NCBI GenBank assembly: GCA_947626045.1
Contig: CANQQS010000001.1
Coordinates: forward strand, 1-61,955
Source of the DNA: an uncultured Clostridia bacterium
GTDB lineage: Bacteria > Bacillota > Clostridia > UBA1381
Direction of reading: 5' to 3'
Length of the DNA: 61,955 nt
Position numbers and translations under genes: made by a program. This document shows positions 18,781-29,418 of this stretch, piece by piece. The notes under the pieces were generated by a model, which was not told the origin of the DNA, did not search any database, and saw only the letters and a program-made list of their open reading frames with translations. Each line of letters begins with the position of its first letter. Positions within the stretch are counted from its first letter, which is position 1.

Positions 18781-19800
18781 TTATAACACTCTTTTTCTCA
18801 GTTGTCCACAGGAAGCTGAAATATCGCTCCCAAGTTCTCTGCGGACCGTCGCGTTTACGCCGAGTGACATTAGCTTGTCTCGGAACGCGTCTATTTCTTT
18901 GCGGCTCCCCTTCTCATATTCGCGCTCCTCCACCTTGTTTACCGGTATGAGGTTCACATGCGCGCCCATGCCTTTTATTAGATGCGCAAGCTCCGCCGCG
19001 TTTTCCGCGCTGTCGTTTACGCCGTGGATAAGCGAATACTCAAAGCTTATCCGTCTGCCGGTCGCCTTGAAATAGCTTTTGCAAGCCTCTATAAGCTCGC
19101 TTATTTTGTACTTGTGGTTTACCGGCATTATCGTATCGCGTATCCCGTCGTTCGGCGCGTGCAGGGATATTGTGAGCGTTATCGGAAGGTTTTCCTCCGC
19201 CAAATCGTATATCCTCGGCACTATGCCGCACGTTGACAGCGTTATGTGTCTTAGACCTATGTTTAAGCCTTTTTCATTGTTCACGTTATGCAGAAATTTG
19301 ATTATGTTATCGTAGTTGTCGAGCGGCTCACCGATACCCATTATGACTATGTTGCTTATCCGCTCGCCGATGTCCTTTTCGGCGAAAATCACCTGATTGA
19401 GTATTTCTCCGGCGGTAAGGCTTCTGTAAAGTCCGCCTATCGTCGAGGCGCAGAAGCGGCAGCCCATACGGCAGCCGACCTGGCTCGATATGCAGATTGT
19501 AAGTCCGTGGCGGTAGCGCATCACGACGCTTTCTATACAGTTGCCGTCCGGCAGCTCAAACAGGTACTTTACCGTTCCGTCGAGCTTTGAAATGTACTTC
19601 TCGCGTATTTTAAGCGTCGAAACGTAAGTTTCCTTTTCAAGCTTTTCACGCGTCTTTTTCGATATATCCGTCATTTCGCCGTAGCTCAGGGCGCCTCGGC
19701 ACAGCCACGAAAATATCTGCGCGGCTCTGAATTTAGGCTCGCCGATGGATTTTAAATATTCGGTTAGCTCGTCAAATTCAAAATCCTTCAAATCTATCAT
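18781..19800 (-). CDS. rlmN: Dual-specificity RNA methyltransferase RlmN
   Basis: SQVGCRMGCRFC radical SAM motif, MGIGEP, ISLHA, ASCGQL. Confidence 0.95.
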   Translation of the reverse strand: MIDLKDFEFDELTEYLKSIGEPKFRAAQIFSWLCRGALSYGEMTDISKKTREKLEKETYVSTLKIREKYISKLDGTVKYLFELPDGNCIESVVMRYRHGLTICISSQVGCRMGCRFCASTIGGLYRSLTAGEILNQVIFAEKDIGERISNIVIMGIGEPLDNYDNIIKFLHNVNNEKGLNIGLRHITLSTCGIVPRIYDLAEENLPITLTISLHAPNDGIRDTIMPVNHKYKISELIEACKSYFKATGRRISFEYSLIHGVNDSAENAAELAHLIKGMGAHVNLIPVNKVEEREYEKGSRKEIDAFRDKLMSLGVNATVRRELGSDISASCGQLRKRVL

Positions 19801-21050
19801 GCGTTTTTCCTCATCTTACATATATAAAACCCGTCCGTACCGTCAATCTGCGGATAGAAGGTCTTTTCGTAAAGCTTTTCAAAACCCGTGTTGTCACGCA
19901 GAAAACCGCCCGTAACGTCCTCGTTTTCGCGCTTCTCTATCGTGCAGGTGGAATAAACGATTTCACCGCCCGTCTTTAAGTACCGCGCCGCGTTATCGAG
20001 TATTTTCCGCTGCGTTTCGGGCATGTCGTTGTCCGCGTCGTAGCCGTATTTTATTTCGGGCTTGCGGCGGATTATCCCGAGACCGCTGCACGGCGCATCG
20101 CAAAGTATTTTGTCCGCGCTTTCGGCGTACTTTGCGTCAAATTCGCGCCCATCGCGAAGCTCGGTTTCGATTATCGTTATGCCGAGCCGCTGCGCGTTTT
20201 TGCGTATTAAATCAAGCTTATGCTCGTATATGTCAAAGGCAAATATTTTGCCCTTGTTTTCCATTATTTCAGCCATGTGCGTCGTCTTGCCGCCGGGCGC
20301 GGCACACATGTCTATCACCGTTTCACCCGATTTCGGGGCGAGTATTTCCGAAGCCTTCATAGCCGCCGCGTCCTGAACGGTGTAAAAACCGTTTCTGTAA
20401 AGGTCGTCATGCGCTATATCAAAGCCTGCCGCCCGAATATAACCGTCAGTATTTTCAGCCTGTACGCCGTTTTCTTGAAGGCGCGCAAGCAGCGTTTCGG
20501 GCGTTGTTTTTAGTCGGTTCGGTCTTAGCGTCAGCGGCGCGGCTTCACCGCACGCGGTCATGAGCATTTCCGTAAATTCAAACCCGAAACGCTCCGTCCA
20601 CTCATTGCAAAGCTCCGTCGGGAACGAGTATTTTACCGAGAGGTATTCCGTTTTGTCCGTCGGGTACTCTATCTCGGAACGCTCCACGCTTCTCAAAACA
20701 CCGTTCACGAACCCTGCTGACGACGCGTGACCGTAACGCTTCGCAAGCTTCACGCTCTCGTTTACCGCCGCGCTCGCGGGGATTTTGTCGGCGAATTTAA
20801 GCTGATATATTCCCATACGCAGTATTATGCGGATATATTTCGAGATTTTTTTGAGCTTTAATTTTGAGTGGCGCGTTATTATATAGTCGAGCGTGAGCCG
20901 CTTGTCGGTCACGCCGTACACGAGTGCGGTTACAAGCGCCCTGTCGCGCGCGTCACATTCGCCGAGCGCGGCTTTAAGCGCGAGATTGGAGTACGCGCCG
21001 TTGTATTCTATATCGTACAGCACGCGCAGTGCGCGTTCACGAGCACCCAT
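19797..21050 (-). CDS. rsmB: 16S rRNA m5C967 methyltransferase
   Basis: NusB-like N-terminus, DMCAAPGGKT, DAPCSGLG, YSTCT. Confidence 0.95.
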   Translation of the reverse strand: MGARERALRVLYDIEYNGAYSNLALKAALGECDARDRALVTALVYGVTDKRLTLDYIITRHSKLKLKKISKYIRIILRMGIYQLKFADKIPASAAVNESVKLAKRYGHASSAGFVNGVLRSVERSEIEYPTDKTEYLSVKYSFPTELCNEWTERFGFEFTEMLMTACGEAAPLTLRPNRLKTTPETLLARLQENGVQAENTDGYIRAAGFDIAHDDLYRNGFYTVQDAAAMKASEILAPKSGETVIDMCAAPGGKTTHMAEIMENKGKIFAFDIYEHKLDLIRKNAQRLGITIIETELRDGREFDAKYAESADKILCDAPCSGLGIIRRKPEIKYGYDADNDMPETQRKILDNAARYLKTGGEIVYSTCTIEKRENEDVTGGFLRDNTGFEKLYEKTFYPQIDGTDGFYICKMRKNA

Positions 21051-21757
21051 CAGTCTCTCCTTCGCGTCGCGATAAGCAAAAGACGCAGGAACTGCAATGC
21101 GGTTGACACGAGCGCGGCAACGTACGTCATAGCCGCCGCCGTGAGTACCTTGCGCGCACCCTTTAACTCGTCGCTTTCGAGTATGCCCATGCTGTCGAGT
21201 GTTCTCATCGCTCTTGCGGACGCGTTCGTTTCGGTCGGGAGCGTCACAAGCTGGAACAGCACGACCGCGCCGAACAGTATCGCGCCTATCATCGCGAGCG
21301 GCGTGAAGCCGATTATAAGTCCGACTATGAACAGCGGCAGCGACAGGCGGTTACAAACGTTTACGAACGGAACTATACCGTTGCGAACCTTAATAGGGGC
21401 GTAGCCCGTCTGATGCTGCACCGCGTGACCGCACTCGTGCGCCGCAACGCCGATTGCCGCGATTGAGGTCGAGCTGTACGTCGAGTCCGACAGGCTCACT
21501 ATATTTGTCTGGGGGTTGAAGTTGTCGCTCAACTCGCCCGCGATGTGGACGATCTGAACATTCCGGAGTCCGTTCGCGTCGAGGATCATCCGCGCCGCCT
21601 GCGCGCCGGTTATGTTTCGCGCGCTTCTTACATCGTTGTAGCGGTTAAATGTGCTTTTAACGCCGAACTGCGCTATCAGCGCGAACACAAAGCCAACAAG
21701 CACGAGCAGGTATGTCCAGTCAAGACCGTAGTACATATTCATAAAAAGCCGGTTCAT
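21050..21757 (-). CDS. Membrane zinc metallopeptidase (YugP family)
   Basis: VAAHECGHAVQ HExxH, VTLPTETNASARA, AAAMTYVA. Confidence 0.88.
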   Translation of the reverse strand: MNRLFMNMYYGLDWTYLLVLVGFVFALIAQFGVKSTFNRYNDVRSARNITGAQAARMILDANGLRNVQIVHIAGELSDNFNPQTNIVSLSDSTYSSTSIAAIGVAAHECGHAVQHQTGYAPIKVRNGIVPFVNVCNRLSLPLFIVGLIIGFTPLAMIGAILFGAVVLFQLVTLPTETNASARAMRTLDSMGILESDELKGARKVLTAAAMTYVAALVSTALQFLRLLLIATRRRD

Positions 21758-22701
21758 TATCCTTCCTCCTTACCGAGTATTAAGCCGATTTCTATCTTAT
21801 GTCCCCGCGCGTAGTCCTCGACGTTCATGCGTCTGGAATTTGGGAACTGCGCTTCGGTAACGTACAATACGCCGCTGCCGCATGATATTTTCATGCCCTT
21901 ACCCTTTTCGAGCGAAAGTATTTTACCGGGCGTTTCACCGGTCTGTTCGCCATCGGCGTAAGCTGTTATTATTTTAAGCGGCTCGCCCATGTAGTATGTG
22001 CTTGCCATGGGCCACGAATACATGCCGCGCACAAGGCACGAAATTTCCTCCGCGCTTTTTGTCCAGTCGATAACGCCCGTTTCACGCGATATTAACGGCG
22101 CGCGCGTGCTTTCGCTGTTGTTTTGCTTTACGGGCGTAATACTGCCTTGTTCGAGCGCGTCGAGCGTTTTTACAAGAAGCTCGCCGCCCATTACCGCGAG
22201 GCGGTCAAAAAGCTCCTCCGCGGTTTCATTTCCGCCTATTTCCGTTTCGGCTTTTAAGAGCATATCGCCGGTGTCAACGCCCCTGTCCATGAGCATTGTC
22301 GTAACGCCCGTGACCTTTTCGCCGTTTATGACCGCCCACTGTATCGGCGCGGCTCCGCGGTACTTCGGGAGAAGCGACGCGTGGACGTTCACACAGCCGT
22401 ATTTCGGGTAGTCAAGCACGTAGTCGGGCAGTATTTTGCCGTAAGCCGTGACGACTATAACGTCGGGCTTAAGATTGTCGAAAACGGGCATCAGCTCTCC
22501 GTTTCTTATTTTCTCCGGCTGGTAGACCGGTATACCGCTTTCCTGTGCGGCAATTTTTACTTCGGTAGGTACTGTTTTGTGTCCCCTGCCCTTCGGTCTG
22601 TCCGGCTGTGAAACAACTCCGACAATGTTTTTGCCCGCTCTTACGAGCGCGCTAAGAGATTCTGCCGCGAAGTCGGGCGTTCCCATAAATAAAATTCTCA
22701 T
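21757..22701 (-). CDS. fmt: Methionyl-tRNA formyltransferase
   Basis: Start re-set to MRILFMGTPDFA; NVHASLLPKYRGAAPI. Confidence 0.96.
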   Translation of the reverse strand: MRILFMGTPDFAAESLSALVRAGKNIVGVVSQPDRPKGRGHKTVPTEVKIAAQESGIPVYQPEKIRNGELMPVFDNLKPDVIVVTAYGKILPDYVLDYPKYGCVNVHASLLPKYRGAAPIQWAVINGEKVTGVTTMLMDRGVDTGDMLLKAETEIGGNETAEELFDRLAVMGGELLVKTLDALEQGSITPVKQNNSESTRAPLISRETGVIDWTKSAEEISCLVRGMYSWPMASTYYMGEPLKIITAYADGEQTGETPGKILSLEKGKGMKISCGSGVLYVTEAQFPNSRRMNVEDYARGHKIEIGLILGKEEG

Positions 22702-22715
22702 TCTAAATCTCCGTT

Positions 22716-23204
22716 TTACCGTTTCGTGTACTCCGTCACCTTTTCGGTGAACACGTGTCCATCGAGATGGTCTACCTCGTGGCATATCGCGCGCGCCAAA
22801 AGCGCCTCGCCGGTAAGCTTGAACCACTTGCCGTTTCTGTCCTGCGCCTTTACAGTAACCTTGTACGGGCGCGTCACCTTGCCGAAAAGATCGGGGAAAC
22901 TGAGACACCCCTCGTCGTCGGTCTGCTCGCCGCTTTCCTCCGTTATTTCGGGGTTTATAAGCTCTATTTTACCCACGTCGGGGATATTTTTCTTTCTCTT
23001 TTTGTTAGCGTCGCTTATGTCTATGACGACGGCTCTTTTAAGTATTCCGACCTGCGGCGCGGCAAGCCCCACGCCGTCCTTACTCTTCATCGTCTCGTAC
23101 ATATCGTCGAGAAGAATATGCAGCTTATCGTCAAAATCCTTCACCGTTTTGCTCGTTTTACGGAGAATTTCGTCGTCTCTTAATCTTATTTCGCGTATTG
23201 CCAT
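22716..23204 (-). CDS. def: Peptide deformylase
   Basis: GVGLAAPQ, EGCLS, HEVDH. Confidence 0.97.
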   Translation of the reverse strand: MAIREIRLRDDEILRKTSKTVKDFDDKLHILLDDMYETMKSKDGVGLAAPQVGILKRAVVIDISDANKKRKKNIPDVGKIELINPEITEESGEQTDDEGCLSFPDLFGKVTRPYKVTVKAQDRNGKWFKLTGEALLARAICHEVDHLDGHVFTEKVTEYTKR

Positions 23205-23215
23205 TTGTTTCACCT

Positions 23216-25651
23216 CTAATATATCATACCCGGGGATTTGTCTATAACTATGCTTACTCCCTCGTAGTCCTTATTTTCTCTCACTGCCGCTTCGGCGTTC
23301 GCGAGTATTTTCCCGAGCGATTCGTCGTCCTCGCATTTCATTATTATCTGGTAGCGGTACTTGTTGTTTATTTTCGCGACCGCCGACGGTATCGGTCCCA
23401 AAACCTGAACCTTCTGACCGAGCGCCTTAACGTCGCCGACCGATTTTGCGAAATAGCGCGAAGCCTGCGCCGTTGCGCCCTCGTCCTCCGACTGGAAGTA
23501 AACGCCTATCATGCCGCAAAACGGCGGGTACCACAACAGCTTTCGCTCCGCTATCTCGGTTTCGTAAAATTTTAGGTAGTCGTGCGTTTTCACAAGGCTT
23601 ACCGCCTCATGCTCGGGCGTGTACGTCTGTATTACGGCTCTGCCGGTCTTCTTTCCTCTGCCGGCTCTGCCCGACACCTGCTCCAAAAGCGCGAACGTGC
23701 GCTCCGACGCGCGGTAGTCGTTTACGTGCAGCATGGTATCGGCGGTTATCACGCCTACGAGCGTAACGTTCTCGAAATCGAGACCTTTCGCTACCATCTG
23801 CGTGCCTATAAGTATGTCAATCTTCTTTTTCTCGAATTTTTCGAGTATTTTTTCGTGCGACTGTTTTTTACCCGTCGTGTCCATGTCCATGCGTATCGTG
23901 GACGCGTTCGGGAACAGCCGGTGTATTTCCTCCTCCACGCGCTGCGTGCCGCCGCCGAAGTGGCGTATATACTTGCTGCCGCACGACGGGCATATCGTGT
24001 AGCCGTCGCGCTCAAAGCCGCAGTAATGGCACTTCAGCCGCCCCGTAAATTTGTGGTACGTGAGCGATATGCTGCAGTTTTCGCACTCCGGCACGTAGCC
24101 GCACGTGCGGCACGACACGAACGACGAAAAACCGCGCCTGTTCAGGAACAGTATTGTCTGCTCGCCGTTTTCGAGATTTTGCTTTATTTCGCGGTACAGC
24201 CTGCGCGAAAGCATACTCTTGTTGCCCTTTGCAAGCTCGGTGCGCATATCCGCGACGTAAATTTCGGGCATCGCGTTATTGTTAAAGCGCGAGTTCATCA
24301 TTAAAAGCTCATACTCGCCCGTTTCGGCTTTATAACGGCTCTCGATGCTCGGCGTTGCGCTCGCGAGAACAAGCTCCGCTCCCGACTGCTTCGCGCGGAA
24401 CGCCGCAACCTCGCGTGCGTGGTAACGCGGCGTCATTTCCGACTTGTACGTGTCGGAATGTTCCTCGTCCATTACGATTATGCCTATGTTTTTGAGCGGC
24501 GTAAATATCGCGCTTCTCGCGCCTATCACTATGTCCGCGCCGCCGTCGCGTATTTTTTTCCACTGGTCGTAGCGCTCGCCCTGTGACAGCGCGCTGTGGA
24601 ATATTGCCACGCTGTCGCCGAAGCGCGACTTGAACCGCGCAACCGCCTGCGGCGTGAGCGATATTTCCGGTACGAGTACTATCGCCGTTTTACCGAGCGA
24701 AAGCGCGTACTCTATCGACCGCATAAAGACCTCGGTTTTACCGCTGCCCGTCACGCCCTGCAAAAGGAATATCTTGCCGCAGCCGTTTTTTATCGAGTTG
24801 TTAATCGCGTCTATCGCTTTTCTTTGTTCGTCTGTCGGTTCGGGCTTTTCCGTTTCCTCGAAAAGTCTGTTTGCGAACGGGTCGCGGTAGACGGTCGTTT
24901 CAAAAATTTCAACGTAACCCTTGCCGCGCAGCGCGTTTACCGCCGCCGATGTGCCGCCCGCCGCTTCGTAAAGCTCCGCAAGCGTCACGTATTCCTCACC
25001 GGCAAGGTATTCAAGCATCGCCGACTGCACCGGCGCGCGCTTTATAAGCCTTTCCGCCTCGCGCAGCGCGTCATCCTGTTCAACAACGAGCCTTGCGCAG
25101 CGCACCGACTTGTCGCGCACGTTCGCCTTCGCGCGGTACTCGCGGCGGAGCGTGCCGTCCTTGAGCATTTCACGCACAGCCACGCGGACGTTTCCCTTCA
25201 CGTTTTCCTCGAGAAACGTGTATTCCGCCTCGTTATTATTCGCTTTGAGCGTTTCCGTTATGCTTTTTCTTATTTCGGACCGGGCGTCCGTTTCGTTTTC
25301 GAGAATTATCCACTCGCGGCTTTTAAGAGCCGTTCCCGCCGGCACGACCGCGCGTATTATATCGAGGTACGGAGCGAGGTACTTTTCGTGCATCCACTCT
25401 ATCACTTCGAGCATATCCGCGTCGAACGCCGGTATGTCATGCGCGAGCCTTATTACGGACTTTAAATTTTTCGCGCCGCTCTCGTCGCAGAGAGCCATGC
25501 AGTAGCCTTCAAGTTCCTTGTCGTTCCTGCCGAACGGCACGAGCAGACGGCTGCCGACGCGGATTTCGTTTTTTATTTCCGGCGGCACGAGATAATCAAA
25601 GGGTCGGTCAAGACTCTTTGATTTATTGTCCACAATAACCTTCGCAATCAT
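23216..25651 (-). CDS. priA: Primosomal protein N'
   Basis: GVTGSGKT, DEEH, four CxxC pairs, GTQMVAKG, QVSGRAGR. Confidence 0.97.
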   Translation of the reverse strand: MIAKVIVDNKSKSLDRPFDYLVPPEIKNEIRVGSRLLVPFGRNDKELEGYCMALCDESGAKNLKSVIRLAHDIPAFDADMLEVIEWMHEKYLAPYLDIIRAVVPAGTALKSREWIILENETDARSEIRKSITETLKANNNEAEYTFLEENVKGNVRVAVREMLKDGTLRREYRAKANVRDKSVRCARLVVEQDDALREAERLIKRAPVQSAMLEYLAGEEYVTLAELYEAAGGTSAAVNALRGKGYVEIFETTVYRDPFANRLFEETEKPEPTDEQRKAIDAINNSIKNGCGKIFLLQGVTGSGKTEVFMRSIEYALSLGKTAIVLVPEISLTPQAVARFKSRFGDSVAIFHSALSQGERYDQWKKIRDGGADIVIGARSAIFTPLKNIGIIVMDEEHSDTYKSEMTPRYHAREVAAFRAKQSGAELVLASATPSIESRYKAETGEYELLMMNSRFNNNAMPEIYVADMRTELAKGNKSMLSRRLYREIKQNLENGEQTILFLNRRGFSSFVSCRTCGYVPECENCSISLTYHKFTGRLKCHYCGFERDGYTICPSCGSKYIRHFGGGTQRVEEEIHRLFPNASTIRMDMDTTGKKQSHEKILEKFEKKKIDILIGTQMVAKGLDFENVTLVGVITADTMLHVNDYRASERTFALLEQVSGRAGRGKKTGRAVIQTYTPEHEAVSLVKTHDYLKFYETEIAERKLLWYPPFCGMIGVYFQSEDEGATAQASRYFAKSVGDVKALGQKVQVLGPIPSAVAKINNKYRYQIIMKCEDDESLGKILANAEAAVRENKDYEGVSIVIDKSPGMIY

Positions 25652-25674
25652 ACAAATTCAGTCCTATCGGTGAA

Positions 25675-25992
25675 TTATTCCTCTTCGTCCTCGTAGTCAA
25701 CGACTTCAACGCCGCCCTCTTCGCCGATCGTCGAGCCGAGCGACATTATCGCCGCCTGCTTCTCGTCCTCCCAAGCCTTCGCGCGCTCTATCGCGCTTGA
25801 GCGCACGTAGCCTATCTTGCCCGACATAATCTCGTCGGCGGCTATCGTTACGGGCTTTTCAACACCGTGAGCTTCCTCGTCCGACGTGCGTTCCTTACCG
25901 ATCATTCTCGCGCGCTTCGCAGCCATCGCAACAAGCGTGTAACGGCTGTCAACACACTTTGAAAGCTCTGTAATTCCGGGTTTGATCATCAT
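25675..25992 (-). CDS. rpoZ: RNA polymerase omega subunit
   Basis: DSRYTLVAMAAKRAR, KPVTIA; gmk-rpoZ-priA synteny. Confidence 0.9.
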   Translation of the reverse strand: MMIKPGITELSKCVDSRYTLVAMAAKRARMIGKERTSDEEAHGVEKPVTIAADEIMSGKIGYVRSSAIERAKAWEDEKQAAIMSLGSTIGEEGGVEVVDYEDEEE

Positions 25993-26009
25993 AATTATAT
26001 TCCTCCAAA

Positions 26010-26612
26010 TTAATAATTTTCCGATATGAGTTTGTCTATAAGACCGCGCTTTTCCGTTTCCTCGCGCATTGCGTCCTCGACCTCTTTAACACAGTCGTCA
26101 AGAGAGTCGTTTACGAATATGCGGCTGTAAAGCGGCGACTTTGAAAACTCCCATTTCGCCGTCTCCATACGCTCCGCAATCTGCTCGTCCGTTTCGCGTC
26201 CGCGCTCGGTGAGCCGCTTTTTAAGCTCCGCCATCGACGGCGGCACGACGAACATAAGTATTGCGTCGGGAAATATGTTCTTTACCTTCAGCGCGCCCTG
26301 AACCTCGATTTCCAAAAGCACGTTTCGTCCCGCGCTGAGCATGTCCGCGACGGCTTTTTTCGGCGTGCCGTAGTAGTTGCCGCCGTATTTCGCGTATTCG
26401 AGCATTTCGCCGTCGGCTATCATCTTTTCGAATTTTTCCGTTGTTGTGTAGTTGTAGGTTACGCCGTCCGTCTCACCCTTGCGCATTTCGCGCGTCGTCG
26501 ACGATATGGACAGGAACACGTTGTTTTCCGCGTTGGCTATGAGCCTTTCGCAGATTGTTCCCTTGCCGGTACCCGAGGGTCCCGACATTACGAATAATAC
26601 TCCCCTACTCAT
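26010..26612 (-). CDS. gmk: Guanylate kinase
   Basis: [27 protein letters not shown]. Confidence 0.95.
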   Translation of the reverse strand: MSRGVLFVMSGPSGTGKGTICERLIANAENNVFLSISSTTREMRKGETDGVTYNYTTTEKFEKMIADGEMLEYAKYGGNYYGTPKKAVADMLSAGRNVLLEIEVQGALKVKNIFPDAILMFVVPPSMAELKKRLTERGRETDEQIAERMETAKWEFSKSPLYSRIFVNDSLDDCVKEVEDAMREETEKRGLIDKLISENY

Positions 26613-26865
26613 TTTTGTCCTCCTCACCTGTGTCGGCGCCAAGTCTCGCCGCTACAGTTTCCGTCTGCAGCGCGGACAGGATTATGTGATCCGAGTCTGT
26701 TACTATGACGGCTCTGGTGCGTCTGCCGTAGGTGGCGTTTATAAGATTACCCTTGTCCTCCGCTTCGCGTATCACACGCTTTATCGGGGCGCTGTCGGGG
26801 CTTACCACGCTTATCACTCTTTCAGCGTTTACCATGTTGCCGAATCCTATGTTTATAAGCCGCAT
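26605..26865 (-). CDS. remA: RemA/DUF370 family protein
   Basis: [31 protein letters not shown]; yloC-remA-gmk synteny. Confidence 0.88.
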   Translation of the reverse strand: MRLINIGFGNMVNAERVISVVSPDSAPIKRVIREAEDKGNLINATYGRRTRAVIVTDSDHIILSALQTETVAARLGADTGEEDKNE

Positions 26866-26884
26866 TTTATCCCTCTATTCTTTT

Positions 26885-27763
26885 CTATTCTATGTTCTGT
26901 ATCTGTTCTCTAAGCTTTTCTATTTCGCCCTTAAGCTCCACGACGATTTTCGCTATCTCGATGTCGCTAGCTTTGGAGCCAATTGTGTTTGTTTCCCTGT
27001 TTATCTCCTGTATCAGGAAGTCGAGCCGTCTGCCCGCCGGTTCGCCGCTGTTTATTATCGCGTTAAACTCGACGAAATGACTGTTAAGCCGCACTGTTTC
27101 CTCGTTTACCGCGACCTTGTCGGCGAATATGGCAACCTCGGTGAGCAAGCGTCCCTCGTCCACCTCTCTGTCCTCTAAAATCTCCTTGATTTTATCGTAC
27201 AGGCGGTTCCTGTATTCCTCGACCGTCTCGGGTGAACGCTCGTCCACGCGCTCCACGAGCGTTTTCATGTACTCTATTCGCGCCTCGAGATCCTGCTGTA
27301 TACGCTCGCCCTCTCTTTGACGCATAAGCGTGAAAGCTTCGAGTGCGCCGTCGAGAGCCGTTCTGACGTTGTTCCAGATTGCGTCCTCGTCCTCGTCTTT
27401 TTTGACGACGGTGAACACGTCCTGATTGCGCGCCACGCCCATAACGGTTATGTCGTCCGTGAGCGAAAACTCGTCGCGCAGCTTCTTCAGCGCCTCGATA
27501 TAGTTTTCCGCAGCAGCGCGGTTTATAGTGATTTCCTCGTCAACGCTTTCGTAATTTTCAATCGTCAGCGAAATATCGACCTTGCCGCGCGTTATGCTTT
27601 GTGCCGCGCGCTTTCGTATCTTATCTTCGAGAAACGCATAGCGGCGCGGATATTTTATCGTAAAGTCGCTGTAACGGTGGTTCACCGACTTTACCTCGAC
27701 ATATATTCTCTTGCCGTCGGCTATCAGCTCCTGTCTGCCGTAGCCCGTCATGCTTTTTAACAT
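26885..27763 (-). CDS. YicC/YloC family endoribonuclease
   Basis: Start re-set to MLKSMTGYG; KSVNHRY, GRRLDFLIQEINRETNTIGSK, REQIQNIE. Confidence 0.93.
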   Translation of the reverse strand: MLKSMTGYGRQELIADGKRIYVEVKSVNHRYSDFTIKYPRRYAFLEDKIRKRAAQSITRGKVDISLTIENYESVDEEITINRAAAENYIEALKKLRDEFSLTDDITVMGVARNQDVFTVVKKDEDEDAIWNNVRTALDGALEAFTLMRQREGERIQQDLEARIEYMKTLVERVDERSPETVEEYRNRLYDKIKEILEDREVDEGRLLTEVAIFADKVAVNEETVRLNSHFVEFNAIINSGEPAGRRLDFLIQEINRETNTIGSKASDIEIAKIVVELKGEIEKLREQIQNIE

Positions 27764-27943
27764 TTTCGCTTCTATATCCCCTTTCGCTTGTCCGCTCTGT
27801 ATGCGTACTTTGTATCGGATAGGCATAATAACCCATTATCCATATAATTATACCACACTTTTCCCGTTTTGTGTAGACCTTTTTGAAAAATTTTCTAAAA
27901 ATTTTTATTCGTGCGCTTTTGCTTTGTATTTTCGCATACAAAA

Positions 27944-27973
27944 ACGGGGACACTAAAATTTTAGTGTCCCCGT
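27944..27973. terminator. Perfect 30-bp palindrome; probable terminator of the upstream surface-protein gene
   Basis: ACGGGGACACTAAAATTTTAGTGTCCCCGT is its own reverse complement and is followed by a T-run on the minus strand. Confidence 0.7.
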
Positions 27974-27997
27974 ATATTTTTGTATCCCCTGTTAATG

Positions 27998-29287
27998 TTA
28001 TTCCGTTGCGCCGTTAAGGTCTGCTATGAGCTGCATAAGCTCCGCAATGTCCTGCGCGTTTTCGGGAGCAGTGATTTCTTCGCCGTCTCCGCCGTTCTTT
28101 GAAACGGCTGTTACTTTGGCGCTTACCTTCTGTCCGTCGGTTAAAGCAAAGCTGAATTCAACCGACGAGTTTACCTGTTCGCCGGTGCAGTCATCAGACG
28201 CCTTAATAGTAACGTCGTCGTACATGTCGAGCGGGTAACCCAAAAATTCCTCCATACCCTTCTTATCAATTTCGACGGACGCGGTATAGCCGTTGTCCTT
28301 TTCCTCGATTTTAACGCATTTGTCGGTGTACTCAATCGCGTCCAAAGCCGCGGCAACGTTCATCATCTGCCGGAACTGAGCGTCGCCCTCGGTTGTTACC
28401 ATTGACTTCAGCATCGCCGCAATGTCGCTGCTGTCGCTCTTTGACGCAGTCTGCATCAAGCCGGCAGCCTGAGCGCCGTACATGTCGGCAAGATTTAAGC
28501 TGTACCACTGATCAGCCGTAATAGGCAGATCCAATTCTTCTCCGACATCGAAGCTAAAGTAAATCGTACCGTCCTTATATATGAATTTCGTCGGCATTTC
28601 GTGTGTTTCACCGCCGATTGTCACGGTCATTGTGCCGTCAACAGACGCGCCGTTCTTACTGTTGACTGTCGCGCTGCCCTTGAAATCCGTCGTTGTTCCC
28701 TCGTTCTCTTGACTTATCTCAATGTCGGCTGTCGAAGAATCAAAATCGGCGTGCTCGACTGATTGAAGCTTCTTAATATTCGGAATGAGCGAGTCAACAT
28801 TTGCAAAATACTCGTCATAGTCGGCGATTACAACGGTCTCTGTGTCGCCGTCCCAGCCTACCTGCATTCCGAGCGCGTTCGACATGAAACGTATAGGTAC
28901 GAGTGTTCTGTCATCGACAATAATCATCGGCACGTCCATTGTTACCGTAGATTTCTCGCCGTTGTCGTCAACGTTGATCGTGGTATCCATAAGAGTGAAG
29001 TCTATTGTTTTTGTACCCTTTGACGCCGTTACGTGTCTCGTCGCCTCGTCGTAGTCGACCGTCGCGCCCATGGATTCGAGAGCCGCGCGGAACGGTATCA
29101 TAACTCTGCCCTCGGTGTTCACCGGCTTTACGTCCTCGTATGTTACGGGCGTGTCGTTGTAGATGATATGTATTTCATCCTGTCCGAGTGCGTCAACGAT
29201 TTTCGCCGTTCTGCTCTCCGCAAACACGGCGCTCGAGCATGAAAGCGTAAGCGCTGCCGCCAATACTACCGATATTGTTTTTTTCAT
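27998..29287 (-). CDS. Secreted/surface protein with copper amine oxidase-like N-terminal (stalk) domain
   Basis: Signal peptide ending AVFA; GRVMIPFRA and DRTLVPIRF..LGMQVGWD repeats typical of this domain; no catalytic amine oxidase motifs. Confidence 0.8.
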   Translation of the reverse strand: MKKTISVVLAAALTLSCSSAVFAESRTAKIVDALGQDEIHIIYNDTPVTYEDVKPVNTEGRVMIPFRAALESMGATVDYDEATRHVTASKGTKTIDFTLMDTTINVDDNGEKSTVTMDVPMIIVDDRTLVPIRFMSNALGMQVGWDGDTETVVIADYDEYFANVDSLIPNIKKLQSVEHADFDSSTADIEISQENEGTTTDFKGSATVNSKNGASVDGTMTVTIGGETHEMPTKFIYKDGTIYFSFDVGEELDLPITADQWYSLNLADMYGAQAAGLMQTASKSDSSDIAAMLKSMVTTEGDAQFRQMMNVAAALDAIEYTDKCVKIEEKDNGYTASVEIDKKGMEEFLGYPLDMYDDVTIKASDDCTGEQVNSSVEFSFALTDGQKVSAKVTAVSKNGGDGEEITAPENAQDIAELMQLIADLNGATE

Positions 29288-29357
29288 TTTTACATTACCT
29301 CCATTTATAATGATAAACGTATTTTAGCACATTAAAGTTAAATAATCAATATTTTTA

Positions 29358-29386
29358 TTGTATTTTTTTTAACGCTGTGTTATAAT
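29358..29386 (+). promoter_or_regulatory. sigma-A promoter of rqcH
   Basis: TTGTAT-17-TATAAT with extended TG. Confidence 0.7.
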
Positions 29387-29418
29387 TATTCACAGTATTT
29401 ATGTAAGGAGAAACGGTT

